A DNA stretch of 64,000 bases from NCBI RefSeq assembly GCF_009834535.1, contig NC_045698.1, forward strand, positions 13,952,001 to 14,016,000. Direction: 5' to 3'. How positions within the stretch are numbered: the stretch's first letter is position 1; every line of letters starts with the position of its first letter. Made by a program: the position numbers and the translations under genes. Source of the DNA: Camelus ferus. Taxonomy: Eukaryota. The notes beneath the pieces were generated by a model. That model saw only the letters and a list, made by a program, of their open reading frames with translations. It made no database searches and was not told the origin of the DNA. Positions 1 to 10,212 of the stretch are shown here, piece by piece.

Positions 1-329
1 AGACAGAGATTGGGGTTAAGGGCTGGCACAGCACTTGAAAAGAGAACCAAGGCACAAACAAGAAATGTTAGAGAAATGAACTCAAAAATCGGACTGTAAT
101 TTTCCTTGTGGTAACTATAGACACGTAGGGTACATCTGCACATGTGGATTCTCTAAGAAGACAAAACAAAGTACAGCTGGAAGACAAAAGAGCTAAGTGG
201 ACATTGCATCCATGAGGCACTAGGAATCAGAATTAGTACATCCTTGTGACTCCAGTTGATACTAGAGAAAAACTGGGTTTTAGGAGTAAGGACTACTTCC
301 CAGGAATAAGGGGAAAAGTTCTAACAAAA

Positions 330-1577
330 TCTAACTAACTTAAGTAATCCATATTCTATATGTCTGCAAGAAAATAACAACTCTCTGTGGAGGAAGGTGA
401 CATAATCAGGAATTTCTACAACATTTATACATAATGTTCAGTCAATAATTCTAAGACATATTTAAAAATGGAAAATTAACAAAACCAAAAAGAAAACAAT
501 CAATAAAGTGACCCAGATATGACGTTAATATTGGAGTTATTAGGAAAGGGTTTTAAAATAGCTACAATTAATATGTTTAAGAATATATAGAAAAAAAAAG
601 GTGAAGAATTTTAGCAGATACCAATAATGTATATTTAATAAGTCAAGTAAAAATTATAGAACCAAAATATGTCTATGCTGAAGAATACACTTAATAAATT
701 TAATATACAAGGTTAATTGGAGAATAAACACAGTGGAAAGGAAGATTAGTGTACTAGAATATAGGTCAACATAAAATATTCAGATTAAAGAAGAGAGAAA
801 AAAAATTAAATATAGAGAGAAAAGAATAATAGACTGACAGTGCATAGTTAAATGACTGAACATGTATACTTTCCAGAATCAGCAGGAAAGAAGTAAGAAA
901 ATAAGACAGAAGAAATAATTGAATAAAGGCTGAACAAAATTTCCCAGAACTAATAAAAGATAGATTAAAAATTCCTTATATCTGAAAAGCAGATTCTTTA
1001 AAAAGTAAATACTTCCCAGGCACAGTATAACTGAACTTCTAAAAAGCAAATAATATCTTAAAATAAGAAAAATATATTAAAGTAGAATAAATTAATCTAC
1101 AGTAAAATGATAATAAGACTGAGAGCTGACTTTTTAATAGACAAGGTGGTGGTCAGCAGACAGTTACATTACATCATTAATTATTGAAATAGAAAAAAAA
1201 AAACTTCAAAACAGAATTCTATCCCTAGCAGAAATACTTTGTAAAAAGTAGGAAAAAAATAAGTTTATGAAAAAACAAAAAGAAAAAAAGAATCATTGAT
1301 AGTAGACCAGACCAGCACTAAAAGGGACAGAAAGGGATTTTTAAAGAAAATATAGAATTTCCTTAAAAAAATGATTATAGAAGGAAACACAGAAATTCAG
1401 GAAAGAATAAATAGCACCAGAAAGGATAAATTATAATTGACTTAGTACACAATTCTTTACAATTTAACACAACAAAAAATGGCAATTTCATATAGTGCTT
1501 AATATATAAGGTAATAAAAATAGCAAAAATCAAAGAGGTTATAATGGTGCTAAACAGTTTAAAGTTGTTCCATTTTT
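330..1577 (+). mobile_element. Ancient L1 (L1M-type), degraded ORF1 region; left part of an interrupted element that may extend to position 1
   Basis: A-rich, with L1 ORF1-like motifs such as gacccagatatgac..., gagagctgactt..., aacagaattctatccctagcagaaata. No open frame. Confidence 0.7.
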
Positions 1578-2742
1578 CTTTCTTTTTCTTTTTTTTCTTT
1601 TAATTGAAGTATAGTCCGCTTATAATGTTGTGTCAATTTCTGGTGTACAGCATAATATTTCAGTCCTATATATACATATATATTTGTTTTCATATTCCTT
1701 TTCATTATAGGTTACTACAAGATATTGAATATAGTTCCCTGTGCTGTGCAGAAGAAACTTGTTGTATATCTTCTTTAGATACAGTAGTTAGTACCGGCAA
1801 ATCTCAAACTCCCAATTTATCCCTTCCTATGCCCTATCCCCCTGGTAACAAAAAGCTTATTTTCTATGTCTGTTGGTTATTTCTGTTTTGTAAATAAGTT
1901 CATTTGTGTGTGTGTGTGTGTGTCTCTCTCTTTTTTTTAAATATTTGAGTGATATCATGTGTTATCTTTCTTTCTCTTTCTGGCTTACTTCACTTAGAAT
2001 GACGATCTCCAGGTCTATCCATGTTGCTGCAAATTGCATTATTTTAGTCTTTTTTATATCTGAGTAGTATTCCATTGTATAAATATACTACAATTTCTTT
2101 ATCCAGTCATCTGTTGATGGACATTTAGGTTGTTTCCATGTTTTGGCTATTGTAAATAGTGCTGCTATGGACATTGGGGTGCATGTACCTTTTTGAAATA
2201 GAGTTCCCTCTGGATATATATCCAGGAATGTGATTACTGGATCATATGGTATGTCTATTTTTAGTTTTTTGAGGACTCTCCATACTGTTTTCCATAACAG
2301 TTGCACAAAACTACATTCCCATCAACAGTGTAAGAGGATTCACTTTTCTCCACACCCTCTCCAGCATTTATCGTTTGTGGACTTTTTAACGATGGCCATT
2401 CTGACTGCTGTGAGGTGATACCTCATTGTAGTTTTGATTTACATTTCTCTAATAATTAGCAATACTGAGCCTTTTTTTCATGTGCCTATTGGCCATTTGT
2501 ATGTCTTTACTGGAGAATTGCTTATTTAGGTCTTCTGCACATTTTTGGATTGGGTTGTTTGGTTTTTTCTTGTTATTAAGCTGAGTAAGCTATTTATATA
2601 TTCTGGAAATTAAGCTCTTGTCAGACTCATCATTTGCAAATATTTTCTCCCATTCCCTAGGCTTTTTGTTTTGCTTATGGTTTCCTTCGCTGTGAAAAAG
2701 CTTATACATTTAATTAGGTCTCATTTGTTTAGTTTTGCTTTA
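1578..2742 (-). mobile_element. Younger 5'-truncated L1 (ORF2 C-terminus, 3' UTR, polyA) nested in the older L1
   Basis: T-rich tail at ~1573-1601 followed by attgaagtatagt (L1 3' end, reverse). ORF 2088-2306 gives the L1 ORF2 C-terminal peptide LLWKTVW...PYDP...FTIAKTWKQPKCPS. Degenerate TSD at 1561-1577 / 2743-2759. Confidence 0.93.
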
Positions 2743-3720
2743 AAAGCCATTCAATTTTTTCAAGTGATAAATTATAATTTAAGGTGGAATGAAATAAATT
2801 GTAATAACTAGAGCAAACATTAAAGAAAAATAAAGTAAAATAAAATGGTAATTGAATAGAAAATGAATGAAATCAAATACATGAATAATTCAAAGAAACT
2901 AAGAAAGAAGAAAAAAGGGAAGAAAATTAAAAGAAACAAATAGCAAGAAAGTAGACAAATAGAAATACATCAGTAATTTATAAGTGTAGTAAATAAAAAT
3001 AAACAACAAAAATTGTGAAACCAGATTAAATAAAACAAAACAGTAACAAAAACTTAGCTTAGTGGCTTACATAAAACTTTTTAAAAATAAGAACAATATA
3101 CTTGAAAGTAAAATGATGGAAAACATACCATCCAACCATTAACCAAAACAAGAAAAAATCTAGTATAGTTATATTAATATTAGACAAAGTGGACTTTAAG
3201 TTATAGACTATTATTAGAGTGATGTTTCACAATGAAATATTTTCAATCCAAGAGATAGATACCATGCCTTCAATCTGTATGTATCCAGTAATACGATTTC
3301 AAACTATACCTAGACAAACACAACAAAGCAAAACAAAAACTAATACAAAATAAAATAATAAACAGAAAAATATAGCATCATAGTGGGATGCATTAATATA
3401 TATCTCGGTAGCTGACAAACAAGACTTCTGTATGAATATAGAATATTGTGATGACATAATGAATAAACTTGAACTAATTCACATATGTAGGAAACTAACC
3501 ATGAAGCTGCAAAGTCTACCCTCTTATAAAGTGCATAGGGATGTGTCTAAATTAAGTCCATGCTGACCTTTGAAGAAACTCTCAAGAAGTTTCAAAAGAT
3601 GCCTGAAACCACGATAAAATAAATTAGGTATCCTTTTTAAAAAAGTGTACTAGAAAAAGTCCAACTTACTGGTAATTAAAACATGCACTTCACATTTTGA
3701 TAGATCAAAGGAGAAGCTTG
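2743..3720 (+). mobile_element. Ancient L1 continued: inter-ORF region and degraded ORF2 endonuclease region
   Basis: gttatattaatattagacaaagtggactttaag resembles the EN 'AILISDKIDFK' coding segment; later EN-like segments run to ~3720. Confidence 0.75.
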
Positions 3721-6700
3721 CTTGTTTGTTTCTTTTAATTCCTGTTTCAAGTAAAATATTAATGCTGAATATATTATATGCTATTTATATTTGCTTTCAT
3801 GAAAATATAAATAATAAATTAAAGACAATGGTCCTTCCTCTAAAATATTTTGCTATCAACAAAATCACATCAATGTCAATATCTTCATCAGTGATACTTC
3901 CTTTCTCACCAACATTAAAATTTACCCAAATTTGTTAGTTTTCTAATTCTCAGCATTATGGGAAATACTGCCATCTATTGAACTTTTAGGACTTGATACC
4001 CCCCAATATTACATTGTACTTTATCAAGTCTAGTCACCAGTGGGCTAAAGTTGTTGGATCACTTAAAATTTTGCAATCATTTCAAGCTCTTCGGGGAAGT
4101 TTTGTTAAACAAGTTTCTGCTGTTTTACTGTGATTATTTGACATGGGTTCCTCTTCTTTCCCCAACTAGATTACTTACAAGGAAATTCTCAAACTACAAG
4201 TCCCTCATCTAGGGTATAGAAGGTTTGTGTTATGAACTTTCATGTAAGATATTGATTTTATATGCATATTCTTTATATAGAATAATAGACATTAGTGAGT
4301 TTATACCTACCTGAGGAAAAAAATTAAGGAATAACTATAACTTAATTATACCATAGTTGAAGTCAGAGAAGGAAATAGTAAGAATCTTAAGAAGTAGAGT
4401 AGATTCCTTTCAATAGAAGGATTAATATTGAGGAATTTACACCTTGAGATGTTTTTCTCTGAAGAAGAACTGGGCATCCCTTGTGTCCTTTGAGTAACGA
4501 TTCAAGCCATAGATGGGCTGATTTGGTCTCTTTCCCTGAAAGTCTTACCCGTAGCTCCCTTTCCTAATACTGTCCTGCCCCCATGTAAGCATTACCTGGA
4601 ACTGAGCAGCCGCTGTCCTCTTAGTTGGATGTGTACCATTCAGCCTCTATTCTCCCTGTAGCCTCCCTGACACCGACAGGCAGCCTGCTTCCACCTGGAC
4701 CTTTATTTGCCTTGCATCTCCCTAGTGTAAAGACTTTGGAAAGCAAATTATCAGTCTAGATCCCTCTAACTCTCGAATGCTTACTCAAACCTATTTAGCT
4801 TAAATTAAGATACAGTGATAGCTTTAAATTAAGATATACGATGTAACAAGCTGACTCACTTTCTCAGGCCAGGGTAAATTAATAAAAGAAAGAAAAAGAG
4901 AATGTAAAAGATGCTGTGAGAGAATGTTTTCCAAAGTTTTGTGTGCCAGATGTTTACACTGCAATCAATCACAGTATGAATGTAACACGGCTCTCACAGG
5001 TAAAGAGAGAAAAAAGTTAGATCAGTAAAAAGAAAAAAAAAACTTAAGAGAAACAATTAGACTACTGGATCTATTTGATGACGGGATATGATCTTAATAT
5101 AAATTGAACTGCATATGGATTTGTACATTTCACAGTGCCTCATGAACACAAGTCCTCATAATGTATTGTTTCTTCCTCCAAGCAGTTTGCAAAGTTTCCC
5201 CCAGATATCGAGCCATTTGATGAGTTATAATGCTTGTGGGAAAATTAAAGAATGCTCTACTGCAGGCTACTCTCGTCATGGTGACACCCAGTCATTCCGA
5301 AGGCAGCAGTATGTTTAGTGCTGTATGAGTGCAAAATAAAATCTCTTGTAAACAAATCAGAGTGTGAGGTTCTAGGTGTGGACTAAGTCGGTTTCCAAAC
5401 CCTAAGAGCATCTTACAGTGTGGCAGGGTCGACAGCTGTCAGTCATTCCAGTCATTCCATTCATTCTGCATGGACGGCTACTGACTGAAGAAAGGTAGGT
5501 CCCATTAGCTGTGATGTGTTCACGCAGAGAGTGTACATTTATTCTGCGTCCTTGTCGGGTAAAACCATTTGTTACACTATAAACTGATGCTTCAACAATA
5601 CCACTATGTCAATCAAAATAAAATTCAGAATATATTTGTCTCTCTTCATCACCATGACAATTTTCTATTGACTTCTAAAATCAATTATAACAGACTCGTC
5701 AACTTTAAAATCAGTTTTTAGGTAGAGAAGGAGGGAGAGAATGTGGGAGATACTATTTGTACCATTATCAAACATTTATTGAGCCCCTACTGTGTAAAGC
5801 TTGAGTTTTTTCACTCTACTATAATAAAAATTATAATATTAATATATGTCTTAAAAATAGTGGTGGTAGAATCTACTTCAAAAAAGGTAGACAGGTTGTT
5901 GTTGCAAGTGATAATAAAGTTTATATTCAACTGAGTTTAGCGTTATCACTGATTTCCTTTTTAAAAACTCTTTGGACATCAGTCTCCTCACCCTATAAAA
6001 TGACTGCACTTGTCTTATAATGAAATATGTGTATATGCCTATTGTGTGAAATAAGTGACAAAAAATATAAGAGTACTCTGTAATTTTGTAAAATGACTTA
6101 AAATTTAATTATGCTTTATGGTTTAATTTGGTGGACTTATCTACGATTTATGCTTTTCTTTAAACATACTTTCTTCACAGAGCAAAAGCCACAGGAAGGA
6201 ACCAGGCCACATAATCTTATACCTAGAATCAATATTTTAAAGCAGTTTTACCTAACTATGAATTTGACTTGCCTGACTTTAACAAGGGTCCTTCATCAAT
6301 GTGAGTTTGACAGAGTATTGAAACTGAACTCATTTACAAATTCATTTAGTAATCCTTTCTCCAGGGCGAGGCACCTGTCTGAGCATTCAAGCTTACAGAG
6401 ACTAATCAAGCATCAATCTTACTTAGAGGGAGATATGCACCTATGGAAATAAATATAGCACAGAAGTGCACGTAACAGGAAACAAGGATTAGTGAACTCT
6501 GCAACAGAGTTCAGAGAAACCTACAAGAGGGCTTTTAAAAAAAAAGGAATGTGAGTGTGGAGAATTCTGGGCTGATTTAAGGATGTGCAAACTCTTATCA
6601 CGCTTTAGGAAGAGGCAGTATTCCATGGCAGGTAGGCGTGGAGTGTCCTGAGAGCAATATTAAGAGATAAGGCTGGGTAAGGCCATTCACGCTGACTTGT

Positions 6701-7041
6701 GAAAGCCTTTATTGAGGCACCACATTGCCTACTTTATTACAGTTTTAAACATCATGTGTAAGAAAGACATAAGGGACAGCCCCCCTATAGGGTTTGTATG
6801 ATAATTAATGGTTATTCTGTAAAATGTTACCCACAGTTTCTGCCACATTAGAAATACTCAAACATGTGTCTTTCCCTCTCTGGGGACATCATACACAGTA
6901 TTTCATTCTGAACACACAGAACCGACACCCTTTCTCCCCTTGAATTGCTTGACAGTTTGATAGTCTGTGCTCTTCATTCACAAGTTCATGTTCTACTCTG
7001 AGATCAGATTTTATTATATTAGCTGTACCTTGTTGTTGGAT

Positions 7042-7042
<1 letters not shown>

Positions 7043-7096
<54 letters not shown>
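7043..7096. repeat. Perfect (GT)27 microsatellite
   Basis: Uninterrupted GT run seen directly. Confidence 0.97.
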
Positions 7097-7098
<2 letters not shown>

Positions 7099-7517
7099 TG
7101 TAAAAAGCATTCATTCATAACCTGGAGAATTTTTTAAAAATTTCAGTCACAAAATTTACATACGCAATTATGCAAGAGTGGAATGCCCTCATCAAATGTA
7201 CTTTGAATGTATTTTGAATAACTCCGTGAATAAGAATTTGAATAAGAATTCTCCAAGAACAAGAATTTGAATTCCTTAGTAACATATAACTGCTTCAGCA
7301 AATGCAGGACATCATTACTTAGCATGGCTGTCTCAGTTTTAATATTTAACTGTGATGCCAATTGAAATAGAAATCTTTAACAAAGTGACAATTATCTACC
7401 GGGTTCAGGAGACAGCAAGTGGAGTGATTTCTTCAGTCTCGTGGCTAGAAGGAAGACCATACAAAACAAAATACTCCCATTTAAGATAACAGTAACATGA
7501 CATTATATATTCAAGTA

Positions 7518-7740
7518 CAGCTGACCTCTGAACAACGCAGGGGTTAGGAGCATCCATCCTCTGGGCGATCCCAAAATGCACATAGCTTATAGTCAACCCT
7601 CTGTATCCGGGTTCCTCCGTATCCACAGATGCAACCAGCTGTTGGTCTGGCTGTGTAGTACTGGACTATTTACTTCTGAGAAAAATCCATGGATAAGTGG
7701 GCCCTTGCAGCTCCAGTCTGTGTTGTTCAAAGGTCAACTG
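7518..7740. mobile_element. Tigger2-family MITE (Tigger2a_Art-like, Tc1/mariner-pogo), 223 bp
   Basis: Terminal inverted repeats cagctgacctctgaacaac ... gttgttcaaaggtcaactg, flanked by TA at 7516-7517 and 7741-7742. Confidence 0.88.
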
Positions 7741-7804
7741 TATTTCATTTTGTATTACATAAATGAATAGTGATAAGTGCCAATCCGGAGGAAGGGGTAC
7801 TTAC

Positions 7805-7972
7805 TCTGAGGAAACCTTGGGGGGTTGTCGTTGACATCGGTCAGGGTGATGTTGACCGTGGTCGATCCTGAAAGCCCTCCAACTTGCCCAGCCATGTCTT
7901 TGGCTTGAATGACCACTGAGTAGTGTTCTCTGGCTTCTCTGTCCATATTATGTAAGGCAGTTCTAATAACTC
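7805..7972 (-). CDS. CDH18: Internal coding exon (168 nt, phase 1 to phase 1) of a type II classical cadherin, cadherin-18; second half of extracellular repeat EC2 plus the EC2-EC3 linker
   Basis: Translates as (G)[55 protein letters not shown], with the cadherin DRE, AxD and DxNDNxP Ca2+-binding motifs and an N-I-T sequon. Minus-strand acceptor tattacag|GA at 7973/7972 and donor CAGA|gtaagt at 7805/7804. The 168-nt length fits the conserved type II cadherin exon. The paralog call rests on recalled CDH18 residues ([23 protein letters not shown]). Confidence 0.93.
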
Positions 7973-8217
7973 CTGTAATACATGTTTTAAACAGATCAGT
8001 ATGGATTGAATAAAAAAGCAACAGACATATCTCTCTCTCTTTTTTAATTTTAAGAGAAGTCGTTTTAAATAAAATGCTTTGGAGAGAAAGTCAGGCTTCT
8101 GAGACAAATAATACCTTAATGTTGTTACTAAAACTGTCTCACTGAAACATTTATTTACAAAGCAATCTATGAGACGCAAATTAAGGTTATCGATCTCTTT
8201 GCGGCCCTGGGGGTGAC

Positions 8218-8236
8218 TGGCCCCTAGGGGGCAGCC
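8218..8236 (+). promoter_or_regulatory. Candidate CTCF binding site
   Basis: TGGCCCCTAGGGGGCAGCC has one mismatch to the core CCASYAGRKGGCRS. Motif match only. Confidence 0.5.
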
Positions 8237-10212
8237 TTGAAGACCCTGAAGCCCCTGATGCTGGTGGCCTGATTACTTTACAACCTGTGCTCCTCACACG
8301 TGGCAGCTGAGATGATCGGAGTAGAGGTTAATTTTCCTCCTTACGGGACAATTTACATAGTTTCCTGACGGGGTTGTCAAAAGTTTGATGATGGAAAACA
8401 TTGGAGGATTGTAGACTCTTGAACAAAGATTACAGACAGGAGGCACTGGAATATTTATCAAGACTAAGAAACTGTTTTTGTCAGGAAATAACAACCACAA
8501 TCAGAGCTAGATCTAAGTACATCAGCAAAGTAAAGTGATGAGATTGATTCCAAAAATTACATGTAAAAGTTACATTCTTTGTCTTGTAGTGCCAAAAGAG
8601 ACATTTAATGCACTCTCTCATTCATTATTACTGGATTCAATAAAGAGATACAAAATGTTAAATATCCATATATAGTTATGTGCATGTAGGTAAACACACA
8701 TAACACACACACAAACACGCAAATACATAAATTAGATAGTTTTGTCAATAGAGCCTTACATTAAAACATTTTAATGGACACACATGTTCCACAAGGTCAA
8801 GTTTACCCAAGGACTATCAACCATGTCATAAAGTAAAAAATTGTCTTCATGTAGATGAGCCATATTATACATAAGTATTTAAATAAATATACATCCATAT
8901 ATTTATAAGTAATACAAATGTAATGTAAATATATTTGGTATTCCAAACATAAACAAACAACAACCTTTCTTTCTTTTATTAAAAATATTTGGATCATGTC
9001 ACTTTTGAGAAAGATGCCAATGGCTTCAGTCAAACACACACTTGGTTACTTAGCAGCATGATTCATAGGATGATGACAGTTATAATAACTGCCAACTATA
9101 GAGTTTAACAGATATTTTTACAAGCAATATATTGATATAATGGGAGACAATAAAGTTGTATGTTCAAGTTAAAAAATAGTCTTTAAAAGTGGAAAGATTA
9201 GTCAATTAGTTGTTTTGAATATAAAACACTTAAGTACTCATATGATTTTTATTATATTTTACTGAATTGTTTGCATTTGTACTTTGAAAGAAGAAACACA
9301 GGCACCAGGGAAAGAAATTCCCTGACTTTCAAAACTTGTAAACATATAATTGAGGGAATTCAGGAGAATTTTCCTGAAGCAAAATAGGAATGAAAATTAC
9401 TCTTATCAAAAAAAATTATAACAGTATAATAAATGATTCACCTAATTCATGCATATGAAAAAGCCTCAAGCATCCTTATTAAAAAGAACAATGCTTTAAC
9501 ACATATGATAAGAAAAAGTTAAATTAATGCAGGAAGGAACAAGCTAAGAATGTGTAAAAATGTGTGAAAGAAATATATACTTTCTAATATATTTTAAAAA
9601 ATAAAGATGTCACTCTAAAAAGACTACACTATACATGGGACCTGACTCTGTATGAGATTATTGTCCAGAATGTTTTATAATGAAATCATGACAGTGATAT
9701 GTGCCAAATATAAACCTATAAAAATAAAATCTATTATTAAAATGTGAATGATAAATATTTCTTTTATTCAACTTGAAAGTTATTCATTTTAAGAGGATCA
9801 CTGAAGAGGGAACAACCCCTGTTTTACATCATGGACCTCAATAATGTCATTGCATTGCCATTACCTCCCTTCTTTGGTAATACAGCTACTCTGACACAAA
9901 ATGGGAGGGGAAAAGAAAAAAAATTGTCAACCAAATTTACTTACTTAAAGAAAAGAGCATATTCAGAATGGAAACATCTTTCTCATAAATGATCGTCCAA
10001 GGAATCATTTAAACTCTCAATTACCTCGAGAATGGCCCAGCTGCATGTGCTTAGCTTTGACTTCCCCTGAGGGCACATAGGTAACTGGGGAATGTTCAGT
10101 CAAATCGCCATAGCAACACGATCCCCATATACAATAATCCCACTGTCAAATGTAGCCCGGATGCTTATAAGTGGGGTAGCTTAGAACACAGCTGATGCAC
10201 ACTTTTGGTTCT

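Larger units (their letters stand above)
1..7804 (-). other. CDH18: Intron downstream of the cadherin exon (continues beyond the window start)
   Basis: Starts with GTAAGT on the minus strand at 7804-7799. No next cadherin exon (EC3 start) recognised in 1-7804. Confidence 0.8.

Noticed and set aside
2088..2306. 72-aa ORF
   Set aside because: L1 ORF2 C-terminal remnant, not a host gene.
3967..3983. Minus-strand CTCF-like tcaatagatggcag
   Set aside because: Two core mismatches; expected by chance in 64 kb.
7755..8021. 88-aa ORF as a standalone gene or intron-retaining secreted cadherin
   Set aside because: Only 7805-7972 is cadherin-like and it is bounded by canonical AG/GT; the flanking residues are intron read-through.
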